From NCBI GenBank assembly GCA_963818645.1, contig CAWFTF010000018.1:136617-200616 (forward strand): a DNA stretch of 64,000 bases, read 5' to 3'. Each line of letters starts with the position of its first letter. Position 1 is the stretch's first letter. The DNA comes from an uncultured Acidobacteriota bacterium (GTDB lineage: Bacteria; Acidobacteriota; Vicinamibacteria; Vicinamibacterales; UBA2999). This document shows, one piece after another, positions 53,554-64,000 of this stretch. Under the pieces are notes generated by a model that saw nothing but the letters and a program-made list of their open reading frames with translations, did not search any database and had not been told where the DNA came from. The translations under genes were made by a program, and so were the position numbers.

Positions 53554-55455
53554 TCACCGTGCATCCTGAAGCGTCTGCGCGATTGCGAGACTCGCCCAGC
53601 TCGTGCCCGCTGTCGAGATCCACTGATGTCGTCCGTAGGGGAATCCGCTTTCGAAATATCGCTGCACGGGGAACGAGTGCGTCCTCACCAGCCACGTCCC
53701 ATCCTGATACTGCGTGCCGAGCAGGAATGCGACACCCTTCTTGTATGTGTCGTCGGTCGCCGCGATGCCAGCACTGTGCAGTGCATAGAGGGACAGGCCA
53801 GTCGCGTAGGCATCAGGTGGCGTGCGACCGAATTGTGACCAGCCGCCGCCCGCTTCCTGCTGGTCGCGAACAGCCTTGATCGCATCGGCGACCTGCGCGC
53901 GAGAGGCGTCGGTCCATACCAGGCCCATCAGGCGCATCGCGCGTTCCTCGGCCGACTTCGGTTGCGCCGCCAGCAGCCAGCGTCGCGCGAGCCGCAGGCT
54001 GTCCTCGACCTCGCTCTTGCGACCAGGAAGCGGATACGACTTCAACCCACCTGCCGCGATCGCCGTGTGGGTGATGAGGCTGTATTCCGACGGCGGACGA
54101 TTGAGCCCGTTGCCAAGCCAGCGGCCGTCGGGCATCTGCCGCGCCATCAGCCAGTGCGTCATCGCACCGGTGGTGACGTCGAGCGGGTGTCCCTCACCGA
54201 GCAGCGCCATCTGCGCGTAGCCAGTGGTAATCGCTTCGCCGCCCACGGCCGGGTCACCGACCATCATGCGCGGGACAGCGCTCGTGAAGAACGTGAGGAT
54301 ATCGTTGAGGTTCTTCTTCGCCCTGACCTCGTCGATCTCGATCCCCTTCCGTCTGGCCGTTGCGGCCGCGAGCGCCGGCATCGCGTTGTGATGGCAGGAA
54401 ATGCAGGTGGCCTGATCGCGGAATTTCGGTGCCACCTCGGTCAGCCTCGACAGGCTGCGGCTGAGCGAGGTGCGCGCGTCGCTGATCCCACCAGTCGCCG
54501 GCGGTGCGATCTCCTCACGACGCGGTCCACGACCGCGCATCGCGCCGTACTGCTCGAGCACCTGGATCTTGGCGCGATCGCCTTTGTAGATCGCCCAGTC
54601 GAGCGGCCGCTCCCCTTCGGTCATCTCGGCATTGGGGTCCGCGCCCTTCTCGAGCAGCAGCTTCAACGTGTCGGCGCCTTCAGACTCCGACGTCACCGCG
54701 TTCATCAGCGGCGTCCGCGCGTACTGTTGCGGGAGGCTCGCGTTCACGTCGGCACCGAGTTCGATCCAATGCGCCACCACGTTCGCCGGTTGCCACGTGG
54801 CCGCAGTCCCCAGCAGATCCTGATTGGGAGTCGGGGCCTTCGACATCACGTAATCGGTGGTCGGCAGATCGTTGCGCGCAAAGCCGGCTCGACGCGAGCC
54901 AGCGGGCAGTGCATTCAGATCCAGCCCACGCTCCACGAGAAAACGGACGACGTCGACATCCGCTGAACGCACGGCGAGCGCGAGCGCCGTCGCATTCGCA
55001 CGGTCCTGCGCGCGGATATCGGCACCGCGATCGAGCAGCAGCCTCAAAACGTCAACGGTGCGGGGGTAACTCGCCGCAACGAGGAACGCTGTGCGATCGG
55101 TCTCCGAGCGCGCGTTCACATTCGCGCCGTGCTCGAGAAGCACGCGCACCTTTTCGACATTCGGAACGGCCCACATCAACGCGGTGGTACCGCCGGCTCC
55201 TGCTCGATTCGGATCCGCACCGCGTTCGATCAGGAGCTTCACGAGGGCGGTGTCGCCGAAGAGGGTCGCCGCCATCAGCGCGGGCGTGCCATCGGCATCG
55301 ACGATGTTCGGGCTGGCGCCGGCCTTCAGGAGTCGATCGGTGTCAGCAACGGAGCCGCGTCGGATGGCGGCAAAGAGCGCGTCACGCGAGGGATCGGTTT
55401 GCGCCGAAACCGCGGCGGTGAGCACAACGAGGAGCACGAGTCGTAATGACTGCAT
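53554..55455 (-). CDS. Secreted ankyrin-repeat plus prenyltransferase/squalene-cyclase-repeat protein with CXXCH
   Basis: Several ankyrin repeats ('GTTALMWA', 'GADPN'), 'CISCHH', QW-like motifs 'QMPDGRW', 'QEAGGGW', 'QYQDGTW'. Confidence 0.85.
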   Translation of the reverse strand: MQSLRLVLLVVLTAAVSAQTDPSRDALFAAIRRGSVADTDRLLKAGASPNIVDADGTPALMAATLFGDTALVKLLIERGADPNRAGAGGTTALMWAVPNVEKVRVLLEHGANVNARSETDRTAFLVAASYPRTVDVLRLLLDRGADIRAQDRANATALALAVRSADVDVVRFLVERGLDLNALPAGSRRAGFARNDLPTTDYVMSKAPTPNQDLLGTAATWQPANVVAHWIELGADVNASLPQQYARTPLMNAVTSESEGADTLKLLLEKGADPNAEMTEGERPLDWAIYKGDRAKIQVLEQYGAMRGRGPRREEIAPPATGGISDARTSLSRSLSRLTEVAPKFRDQATCISCHHNAMPALAAATARRKGIEIDEVRAKKNLNDILTFFTSAVPRMMVGDPAVGGEAITTGYAQMALLGEGHPLDVTTGAMTHWLMARQMPDGRWLGNGLNRPPSEYSLITHTAIAAGGLKSYPLPGRKSEVEDSLRLARRWLLAAQPKSAEERAMRLMGLVWTDASRAQVADAIKAVRDQQEAGGGWSQFGRTPPDAYATGLSLYALHSAGIAATDDTYKKGVAFLLGTQYQDGTWLVRTHSFPVQRYFESGFPYGRHQWISTAGTSWASLAIAQTLQDAR

Positions 55456-55476
55456 GCGTCGACCTCACTGCCCGAG

Positions 55477-56512
55477 TCATCGGGCGGCAGGAAAAATTGC
55501 GATGCGATCGCCGACAAACGATCCGACCCAGATCTGATTGCCGACCTCGACTGCCACCGTGCCGGCACCAAAAGCTGGTTTGGCTGGTTCACGGATGACG
55601 TCGCGCACGGCAAGCGTCTGCGGATTGATCTTCACGACGTTGGAGGTCTGAGCCTGGGCGCGTGCCTCCCTGCCCCGCAGCGAGCAGCGACCCATCGGCG
55701 GCCCACCTGATGTTGTCCACGCGAAATCCGAGAGGCACCTCGTCTCGCTTGGGTGGCGTCTGCCCGCGAGTCAGACGGAAGAACGACTGACTCCCCCACG
55801 CCGCCACGTAGAACCATTTCCCATCGGGCGAGATCTCGAGGCCGTTGGCGCCGGCGGCTTCGCTGCCAGGCACCTTTTTCCAGCCACTCGCGGTGTGCCA
55901 TTCCCACAACTCGCCGTTCTTTTCGCCGGCCATCATCTTGTCTCTACCGGCTGTGTCGATACCGCGTGCAAGGAAGTTGGTGGCGAAGAAGCCACCATCA
56001 GGCAGTCCGCGCACCGAGTTGAGGCCGACTGGCTCCGGCGCCACAGCGCATCCGATCCAGGTCAGCGTAGGCGTCGCGGCTCGACCGTCAACCTCGAACA
56101 CTTCCACCGACTCGCGGCTTCCGTGTGCGACGACGAAGAGTCGATGCACCGAGTTGGGCCCTGCCAGAAGGTACAGCCCGTGCGTCAGAAACTTGGCTTT
56201 TGCGGCTGCATCGGGCGGGCCGGGACAGGTCGAGTAAACCGCCTTGTCGAAACGGTCGCGCGGTGTCGTACCGGGGTACGCGAGAGTGGACACGCGATCG
56301 CTGGCGTGAATGAGATAGATCCCGCCATTGCCACCGAAGCTCGACGCGATCACCCACTGCGCGCCAGGCAATACGACCAGATCCTCGGGGCCGTTCTGAC
56401 CGCAGACGAACTGAACGTCGCCTGCTGGCTGGCAGTTCACCGGCGCTTGCGCCGAGAGTTCGAACGAGCAGACGAACGCGACGACGACCGCGGCGAGGAT
56501 CTGTTTTCTCAT
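55477..56512 (-). CDS. SMP-30/gluconolactonase/arylesterase-like beta-propeller; frameshift near 55660
   Basis: 'GPEDL', 'ANGLEISPDG', 'VDNIRW', 'IWVGSF'; signal peptide. Confidence 0.8.
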
Positions 56513-56570
56513 AGTCGACCGCGGACCAGCCTCGCGCGGGATGCGCCGGCCGGCCCGCGTCCCGTTTTGG

Positions 56571-57194
56571 TTACTTCGCTGGAGCTGTTTCGTTGCGATA
56601 GCGACCGACGTAGGCCGCCTTCGCCGTCGTCTTGCCCGCCATCGCCTTCAGGAGATCGTCACGGGTCGCGTTTGCCGGAAGATCGAGATTGGCGTTGAGA
56701 GCGTAGAGCTCGAAGACGTAGTGGTGATAGCGCGGGCCGTTGGGCGCGCCAGGCCCCATGTAGACGGGCTGCCCGGTGAGGTTGTTGCCTTGAACGCTGC
56801 CCTCGGGGAGCTTGCCTTCGGGAATGCCGCCGGCCGACGCCGGGATGTTCCACGCCAGCCAGTGCAACACGTCGCCCGTGCCGCCCTGCAGCGCGACATC
56901 GATGTCGTGGAAGATGATCGCGTAGCTGACGGTGCCCTCAGGTGCGCCGGTGAACTTGAAGCCAGGCTGTACACCACCACGGCCGGCGAACTTCTGCGGC
57001 ACGATGCCACCATCAGGGAACGCATCGGTCTGCATCAGGAGTGGCGGAAGGTTGAAACCACGACCGCCGCCACGACCGCCGCCACCAGCAGGGGCAGCCC
57101 CGCCCCCACGCTCACCTTGCTGAGCGGACATCTCCACGCCAACTGCGGTCGCGAGCATCACGACCAGAAACGACATCAACCATCGGCTTCGCAT
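56571..57194 (-). CDS. YbhB/YbcL (PEBP/Raf kinase inhibitor-like) protein
   Basis: 'HDID', 'LHWLAWNIP', 'YMGPGAP', 'HHYVFELYAL'; Gly/Arg-rich linker after the signal peptide. Confidence 0.9.
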   Translation of the reverse strand: MRSRWLMSFLVVMLATAVGVEMSAQQGERGGGAAPAGGGGRGGGRGFNLPPLLMQTDAFPDGGIVPQKFAGRGGVQPGFKFTGAPEGTVSYAIIFHDIDVALQGGTGDVLHWLAWNIPASAGGIPEGKLPEGSVQGNNLTGQPVYMGPGAPNGPRYHHYVFELYALNANLDLPANATRDDLLKAMAGKTTAKAAYVGRYRNETAPAK

Positions 57195-57240
57195 CTATCG
57201 ATACTCCTGGGTAAAGAAAGTAGGCCCCGCGATCTTAAGC

Positions 57241-58608
57241 TCACACCGCATCCGACAGCGAGGAGAAGTTGAAGTCGCGCACGCGGAGCGCCGGCATCAG
57301 CCTCCCGGCCGCGGTAGGCTCCGGCCGGCCGATGTCCTCGAGCCGGTTCAGCATCAGCAGCGGGCTCTCGTTCCAGCGGAAGTTCTTCAGCGGTCTCGTC
57401 ACGCGCCCATCTTCGATGAGAAAGGCGCCGTCTCGCGTCAACCCGGTCTGGAGCACGGTGCGCGGATCCAAGGCCCTGATGTAGAAGAAGTGCGTCACGA
57501 GGATGCCGCGGGCACAGCCGGCAATCAACTCGTCGGTGCTCCTGGTGCCACCCACGAGCGCAAGTCCGCCGAATGGAAAGCCTGTCGCCTCCTTCCCCTG
57601 CTTCTGGGCCCAAAAGCGGCTGTAGGCCAGGTTCTTCAGGATTCCTTTCTCGATCCAGACCATTCGACGGAGCGGAAGCCCCTCCGGGTCGAACGGCTGT
57701 CCGAGCAATCCGGCGTCGGCGGGATCCGAGTAGAGCGTCACACGTTCGTCAGCGACCTTCTCGCCGATACGCGTGCCACCTCCGGGCTTCGAGAAGGCGC
57801 TTCGCCCTTCGTCCGCGTTGCGTGCGTTGAGGGCGCCGGCCAACAGAGGAATCAGATCGTTGACGGCCTGAGGCTCGAGCACCGCCGTGTAGAGACCGGG
57901 CGCAATCTCCTGCGGATTCCGGCTCGCCACGGCCTTCTGCGCGGCCACGCGACCGATCGCTTCCGGATCGACGGCACTCCAGTCGCGCGCGCCGCCGTGA
58001 GCCCATCCGCTGCCCGTGCCGTCCGGTGTACGTGCGGTGACCGAGAAGTCTGCGTCCGTCGTGCGGTGGTAGGCGAACAACCCATTGCTCGTCGCTACGG
58101 CGATCGCGCGCGTGTTTGCTTCGAGGTATCCCGCCGAAAAAATCGTCCCTGCCGGCTTCCCCGCGGCGGTCGCAGCGCCGATAGCGCGTCCAATCGCTTC
58201 AGCGCGCGCTTCGGCATCGAGATCGGCGGTTGCCGCGACGAATGCCTCGACGGCCGTGTACGTCTGAGGCCCGAGTTCCGGCATCAGTTCGGGATCTTCG
58301 GGCGCCAGTTGTGCGAGGCGCGACGCCAGATCGACCGTTCGTCGTAATGACGCATCGTCGAGCACGTTGGTCGATGACGATGCCCGGCGCCTGCCGAAGG
58401 TGACGGTCACTGTCACGGACGTGTCCTGGGTGCCCCCCGACGTGGTGATGCTCCCGTCAGCGAACCGTGTGTTTCCGCTACGTTGGCTGATGACCGTCAC
58501 GCGCGTCTGGTCGGCCTTGCTGAACGACAGCACCCGCGACGTGAGCCCGCGCGCCTCGTCTCGGGACAGAAATGCTGATGCACCCGGAGCCGGCGTCGTC
58601 TGCATCAT
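57241..58608 (-). CDS. TldE/PmbA-family metalloprotease partner subunit
   Basis: 'NTRFA', '[10 protein letters not shown]', 'TGLTRDG.FLIE.G', 'KNFRWNESP', 'FSSLSDAV'; overlaps the tldD stop. Confidence 0.88.
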   Translation of the reverse strand: MMQTTPAPGASAFLSRDEARGLTSRVLSFSKADQTRVTVISQRSGNTRFADGSITTSGGTQDTSVTVTVTFGRRRASSSTNVLDDASLRRTVDLASRLAQLAPEDPELMPELGPQTYTAVEAFVAATADLDAEARAEAIGRAIGAATAAGKPAGTIFSAGYLEANTRAIAVATSNGLFAYHRTTDADFSVTARTPDGTGSGWAHGGARDWSAVDPEAIGRVAAQKAVASRNPQEIAPGLYTAVLEPQAVNDLIPLLAGALNARNADEGRSAFSKPGGGTRIGEKVADERVTLYSDPADAGLLGQPFDPEGLPLRRMVWIEKGILKNLAYSRFWAQKQGKEATGFPFGGLALVGGTRSTDELIAGCARGILVTHFFYIRALDPRTVLQTGLTRDGAFLIEDGRVTRPLKNFRWNESPLLMLNRLEDIGRPEPTAAGRLMPALRVRDFNFSSLSDAV

Positions 58609-60194
58609 GCGCTCCGGGCCGTGTTGAGGATGTTGACGTTCCGGAAGCGGGCCGGCACACAGCCGTGGCTCACCGAGTTGCTTTGTGACGGTTCGCCCTT
58701 GCCGTCGTTGAACGCGCCGCCCATCCAGTAGGAGCTCTTGCCTCCGATCATGTCCATCGACTTCCAGAACGTCAGCGTGTTCGCCTGGTAGGCAACGTCC
58801 TTGAGCATCCCCACGATCTTGCCGTTGCGGACTTCATAGAACGCCTGGCCCGAAAACTGGAAGTTGTAGCGCTGGTGATCGATCGACCACGAGCCGCGAT
58901 TCCGGATCAGCACGCCGCGGCCGGTGTCGGCCACGATGTCCTCGGCGCGAATGTCGCGTTCACCGGGCAGGAGCGAGACGTTCGGCATGCGCTGGAACTG
59001 GACGGCGTTCCACGACTCCGCGAACGAGCAGCCGTGCGACCTGGGCACGCCGGTGAGCTTCTGAATTCGTGCGACCTGCTCGCGCGTCGTCTGGTAGTCC
59101 TTGAAAACACCGCGCTCGACGAGCAGCCACTGGTCTGCGGGCACGCCCTCGTCGTCCCACGCGACGCGGGAGAGCGAGCCTTCCTGCGTCCGATCGGCCT
59201 GGATGTTCATGAAGTCGGGGCCGTAGCGAAGCTGTCCCAGCATCTTCTCGGGCGGCGCCACGAAACTCGTGCCTGCGTAGTTGGCCTCTTCACCAATCGC
59301 ACGATCGAGCTCCGTGGCGTGACCGATGGACTCGTGGATCGTGAGCCAGAGATTGGTCGGCTCGAGAATGAGATCGTACGAACCCGCCTCCACCGACCTG
59401 GCACTGAGCTTCTCGGCTGCGAGCGATGCCCAGCGCTCTGCGTTGCCCGGCATGTCGAGCGACTGAACGTATTCCCATCCGAGGCCGCGCGGCGCGAGCT
59501 CCTCCTCGTAGCTTTGGAAATCTCCGCCGGAGGTGGCGGTGCAGGTAAACGAAGGGCCCACGCGGATCATCGTCTGCGTGACGTTTGTGCCCTCCGACGT
59601 GAGCAACGTCTTCACTTCACGGAGCAGCGCCAGCCCGGAGCTGGCAAATCGCACGTCCTTGACCTTCAGCGCCGCTTCGTTCGTGGAAAGCAGCAGCGCG
59701 ATCTTGTCTTCGATGGCCACCTCGAGCGGATCCTGCCGCACCGGCGTGATCCACGCGCCGACGACGGGCGCCACCGGCGCCAACTCGACGCGATGCTTTT
59801 GCACGGCCCGTGCAGCCTTGGACAGCGCAACGGCCTCGAGCGCCGCTTGCCTGGTGCCCGCTCGGCTCATCACGCTCGTCGCGGCAAATCCCCAACAGCC
59901 GTTGACCAGCGTTCGAACACCAATGCCGTAGGACTCGCTGTCGTTGACGCCACTGACCTGGCGCTCCCGTGTGGCGATCGTCTGGCGGCGGTAGCGTCCG
60001 ACCCTGACATCTGCGTACGACGCACCCGCCGAGCGCGCCGCGTCGAGTGCCTCTTTTGCGAGTTCCAGTGCCAGCGGATCGGCGCCCGGGGCGGCGATCG
60101 TCTGCGCCGACCCCAGATCGACCCCTGGACCCGCCACGATTGCTGCCGCCGTCGCAGCCGTCGTCTTGATGAAGTCACGTCGGGTAGGGCTCAA
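58605..60194 (-). CDS. tldD: TldD metalloprotease with Tat signal
   Basis: 'TRRDFIK', zinc motif 'HESIGH', 'QRMPNVSL', 'GKGEPSQ...SHGC'; TTG 60194 overlaps the upstream stop (the ORF track fuses it to the upstream gene via a frameshift). Confidence 0.9.
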   Translation of the reverse strand: MSPTRRDFIKTTAATAAAIVAGPGVDLGSAQTIAAPGADPLALELAKEALDAARSAGASYADVRVGRYRRQTIATRERQVSGVNDSESYGIGVRTLVNGCWGFAATSVMSRAGTRQAALEAVALSKAARAVQKHRVELAPVAPVVGAWITPVRQDPLEVAIEDKIALLLSTNEAALKVKDVRFASSGLALLREVKTLLTSEGTNVTQTMIRVGPSFTCTATSGGDFQSYEEELAPRGLGWEYVQSLDMPGNAERWASLAAEKLSARSVEAGSYDLILEPTNLWLTIHESIGHATELDRAIGEEANYAGTSFVAPPEKMLGQLRYGPDFMNIQADRTQEGSLSRVAWDDEGVPADQWLLVERGVFKDYQTTREQVARIQKLTGVPRSHGCSFAESWNAVQFQRMPNVSLLPGERDIRAEDIVADTGRGVLIRNRGSWSIDHQRYNFQFSGQAFYEVRNGKIVGMLKDVAYQANTLTFWKSMDMIGGKSSYWMGGAFNDGKGEPSQSNSVSHGCVPARFRNVNILNTARSA

Positions 60195-60899
60195 TTCTTC
60201 AACTCCGATGTCACTCCGCCCGGGAGGGGAAACTCGTCGACCACCATCATCATCGCGACCAGTTGATACGCACCGAGCGTGCCGACGAGATCCACCACGC
60301 CGCGATCGCCACCGAGCACTTGCCTCGCCGCCTGCAGCGTCGCGTCGCTCACGCGCTTCTTCGTCAGAAGTTCGTTGCAGAAGTCGTACACCGCAGCCAC
60401 GTCGGGCGTCATCTGCTGCCGGACGGCGTCCATCACGCACGCCCACGATCACCGCTTCGGGCAGCCCCGCGCGCTCCGCCGCGCGTCGATGCACGTACCA
60501 CGCGTAGTGCGCGGTCCACGCTCGCGCGCCCATGATGATCGCGAGCTCAGACAGCTTCGGCGGCACAACCGAGTACCCTTCGCGACCGGCGAAGCGCGAA
60601 TAGGCGATCGTCTTCTGCGCGAGGTCCGCGAACACCGGGCTGGCAATCATGACGCCGAGCGACCCGCTGATGTCAGGCCTGGGTCCGCTCAGCACGCTCT
60701 TGACGAACGCCTGCTGCTCCGTCGTCATCGCGTCGTAGGACGCAGGCCGCGGGATGCGCCCACCGCGGAGATCGGCAACCGCCTTCCGCATCTGCTCGAC
60801 CGTCGGCGTCTGTGGCTGCCCGGCCTGCGCCGCGACCATCACCACACCGGCCGTCACGGCAGCGCCAACGAGACCTGCGACGATCAGCTTGAAACGCAT
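60191..60899 (-). CDS. Carboxymuconolactone decarboxylase family protein with signal peptide; frameshift near 60430
   Basis: 'LSELAIIMGARAW...YAWYVH...A..AG', then 'VSDAT', 'GVVDLVGTLGAY'. Confidence 0.8.
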
Positions 60900-60965
60900 C
60901 TCTCCCCCAGACTGTCCTTCGGAGTGAAACCAGCGAGGCACGCGAATGATAACGCCGCGCTCGCC

Positions 60966-60996
60966 TTGGGAGTTGGGAGTTGGAGATTGGCAGTTG
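60966..60996 (+). repeat. Heptamer array (TTGGGAG)n in a divergent promoter region
   Basis: ttgggag ttgggag ttggaga ttggcag ttg. Confidence 0.85.
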
Positions 60997-61052
60997 ACAG
61001 GACGGAGCCATCAGAATCGCGCTATGATCGCGGCGTTTTCCAGGAGGGCCTC

Positions 61053-61997
61053 ATGAAGAGATTAGTGGTGCTGGGTATCCTGTTCTCCGCTGGCGCGCTG
61101 TCGATCTCGGCGGCGGCGTTGCAAGCGCCGGCAGGCGGCGGACAGCCCGCGCCGCGCGTGGTCACGGCCGAGAAGCTCCGCGACAACCTCTACATGATGG
61201 GTGGCCAGGGCGGTGGAGGGAACAGCGCCGTCTTCATCACGGCGGGTGGAGTCGTTGTCGTCGACACCAAGAATCCGGGCTGGGGTCAGCCGCTGCTCGA
61301 CAAGATCAAGAGCGTCACCGATCAAGCCCGGTGACGATGATCATCAACACGCACACGCACGGCGACCACGTGAGCGGCAACGTCGAGTTCCCGACAACCG
61401 TCGAGGTCGTGACGCATGAGAACACCGCCAAGAACATGGAAGCGATGCGCCCTGCCACCGGCATCACGCCGGCGCCTGGAGCGCCCGTGAACATCTTCAA
61501 GGAGAACGGTGGGCGCGGCATGCCGAAGCGGACGTTCAAGGACAAGATGACCATCGGCAAGGGTGCTGACCAGATCGAATTGCACTACTTCGGCCGTGGA
61601 CACACCAACGGCGACGCGTTCGTGGTCTTCCCCGCTCTACGCGTCATGCACGCTGGCGATATCTTCTCTGGCAAGAACATTCCGCTGCTCGACGCCAACA
61701 ACGGCGGCAGCGGCGTCGAAATCGGCAAGACGCTCGCGAAAGCAGCCGACAGCGTGAAGAACATCGATCAGATCATCACCGGTCACAGCACGGTGATGAC
61801 GGTAGCCGACCTGAAGGAGTACGCAGCGTTCAACAACGAGTTCGCCGCGGCCGTTCAGGCTGCCAAGAAGGCAGGCAAGACTCCCGACGAGGTCGCGAGC
61901 ACCTGGAAGATTCCCGCGAAGTACACCGGGTACGCGGAGCCAGCGGCGCGCGCGATTGAGAGCGAACGTCCAGATCGTCTGGGACGAGACCAAGTAA
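61053..61997 (+). CDS. Secreted MBL-fold metallo-hydrolase; frameshifts near 61325 and 61950
   Basis: SD AGGAGG, signal peptide, 'NTHTHGDHVSGN', 'GHTNGD', 'HAGD', 'TGH'. Confidence 0.9.
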
Positions 61998-62014
61998 CCA
62001 GGCTGCCCCGCGAC

Positions 62015-62410
62015 ATGCGCGGACCACTGATGGTTGCCGTCGCAATGATCCTGGGCAGTGTCGTTGCCCAGGGTCATCACTCCATATCCGCGGTATACGA
62101 CCGCGCCCGCCCTGTGACCCTCGACGGTGTTCTCGTCGAGTTCGCGATGGTTCAGCCGCATCCTTTCGTCGTCGTTGACGTCAAGAACGGACGCAGAGAC
62201 GGCCCGATGGCGCGGCGAGTTGGACAATCGCTGGGAGCTCGAGGCAATCGGCATGAACGCCGGACGCTGAAGCCAGGCGATCGCCTGGTTCTCAACGGCC
62301 AGAGCGGACGCAACCAGCCACACTCCTTGTATGTGATGCGTCTCGATCGACCTGCAGATGGTTTCTGGTACGAACAGGTCGGGATGAGTCCGAAGATTGG
62401 ATTCAGGTAG
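62015..62410 (+). CDS. DUF6152-like secreted protein (internal compensating frameshifts)
   Basis: Signal peptide followed by 'HHS...YD', 'QPH', 'LKPGD'. Confidence 0.7.
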   Translation: MRGPLMVAVAMILGSVVAQGHHSISAVYDRARPVTLDGVLVEFAMVQPHPFVVVDVKNGRRDGPMARRVGQSLGARGNRHERRTLKPGDRLVLNGQSGRNQPHSLYVMRLDRPADGFWYEQVGMSPKIGFR

Positions 62411-62444
62411 GGGCAGCATTCATCGCCACTTACAATGATCCGAC

Positions 62445-64000
62445 GTGCGGATCTCGACATGTCCTCTCTGTGAAGCGGCATGCGGCATCCTGGTCGACCT
62501 CGACGGCGAACGAATCCGCTCGATCCGCGGTGACGCCGACGATTCTTTCAGCCGCGGGTACATCTGTCCCAAAGCGGCGGCCATCGCGGATATCCACAAC
62601 GATCCCGATCGCATTCGCACGCCGCTCATCCGCGAGGGCACGCGCTGGCGTGAGGCATCCTGGGACGACGCACTCGACCGCGCCGCCGAGGGTCTTGCTC
62701 ACGTGCGACGGCAGCATGGCCGCGACGCCGTAGCTATCTATTACGGCAATCCCGTCGCGCACAGCCTCGGCCTGATCACTCACGCGCTGACGTTTGCCCG
62801 TGCGCTGCGGACGAGGAATGTCTATTCGGCCAGTTCAGCCGATCAGATTCCGCAGATGCTCGTCGCCCTTCGCATGTTCGGCCACCAGGCGCTCATCCCG
62901 GTCCCGGATCTCGACCGGACAAATTTCCTCCTCATCTTCGGCGCCAACCCGATCGTGTCGAATGGCAGCCTGATGACGGCTCCGGACATGAGGCGTCGTC
63001 TTCGCGCGATCCGCGATCGCGGGGGACGTGTGGTTGTCGTCGATCCGCGGCGGACCGAGACGGCCGAGGCAGCCGACGAGCATGTCCCGATTCGGCCGGG
63101 AACCGACGCGCTCCTGCTCGCCGCGATGCTGCATGTGGTGTTTGCGGAGCGAACGGTCGACACCGGTCGTCTCGAAGGTCGCATCAAGAACCTCGACGCG
63201 CTGGCATCGCTGGTGCGGGAACTCTCGCCAGAGCGGTTGCTCTTCGGACCGGTGTCAGCGCGGAGACGACGCGCCGCCTTGCGGCGGAGTTCGCCAGGAC
63301 CGAACGCGCGGCTTGTTACGGCCGGGTCGGGTTGTGCACGCAGCGTCACGGCACGCTTGCGTCGTGGCTCGTGCAGGCGCTCAATCTCGTCACTCGCCAT
63401 GTCGACGAGGTGGGCGGGATGATGTTCACGACGCCGGCAGTCGATGTCGTCTCGATTCTGTCGAGGATGGGACTGCGCGGGACCTACGATCGATGGCGAA
63501 GCCGCGTGCGCCATCTACCGGAATTCGGTGGCGAGCTCCCGGTCGCGACCTTGGCAGATGAAATCGAAACGCCTGGCGCCGGGCGCATTCGAGGACTGAT
63601 CACAATCGCTGGCAACCCGGTACTGTCGGCGCCCAACGGAGGACGCCTCGACCGCGCGCTCGCGTCGCTCGAGCACGTGGTTGCCGTGGATCTCTATCTC
63701 AACGAGACAACGCGCCACGCGCACGTCCTGCTGCCGCCCGCGCCGCCACTGTCACGCGGGCACTACGACCTTGCGCTCTACGCATTCGCCGTCCGCAACG
63801 TGGCGAAGTACTCGGAGCCCGTCGTCGAGCGCCAGTCATCCGAGCGTCACGATTGGGAGATTGTGGCCGACCTGAGCGCGCGGATGTTCGCACCCAGGGT
63901 GCTACGCTGGCTGGCGATTCGAGCGTTGCGTGCAGTGCACCCGGAGCGACTCCTGGATGCCGGGTCTGCGCTTCGGGCCTCATCGCCTCACGCTCGCAAA
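62445..64000 (+). CDS. Molybdopterin-dependent oxidoreductase, partial (runs off the window; frameshift near 63250)
   Basis: Fe-S motif 'CPLCEAACG', 'SRGYICPK', 'GANPIVSNGS', 'DPRRTETA', 'IRPGTD', and 'NETTRHA' in the shifted frame. Confidence 0.9.

Noticed and set aside
58605-60941. Apparent 778-aa CMD-TldD fusion in the ORF track
   Set aside because: It is an artefact of a frameshift near 60430. The CMD C-terminus lies in ORF 60191-60436 and TldD has its own Tat-bearing start at 60194.
61331-62410. Apparent MBL-DUF6152 fusion
   Set aside because: The MBL gene ends at TAA 61997 in the shifted frame, and the DUF6152-like gene has its own ATG and signal peptide at 62015.

Overview
High-GC bacterial chromosomal window with about 55 genes and no rRNA, tRNA, CRISPR array or transposase that I could recognise. 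The gene families (TIGR03435 protein, ASPIC/UnbV FG-GAP protein, Oar-like TonB receptor, DUF6152 and many secreted unknowns) suggest an Acidobacteriota genome, probably Vicinamibacterales (inference). About 18 genes are broken by single-base frameshifts, which looks like long-read consensus error rather than real pseudogenisation. Recognisable content: methylcrotonyl-CoA-type carboxylase subunits, bacterioferritin, a TamB-TamA/Omp85 fusion of about 2170 aa, a FadB-Fcs-CouO-like hydroxycinnamate cluster, a two-component system, a translationally coupled AhpD / reductive-dehalogenase-like / TonB receptor / permease operon, an ECF sigma factor, OsmC, Tat-linked TldD/E and a partial molybdopterin oxidoreductase. 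The strongest unexplained signal is a system of at least 12 strictly 7-bp-periodic tandem arrays in about five sequence families, often arranged as inverted pairs. One pair brackets a four-helix-bundle (TIGR02436 / 23S-IVP / Avd-like) gene that has a sigma-54-type motif upstream. A highly base-paired intergenic element of about 197 nt (2277-2473) is a candidate ncRNA.
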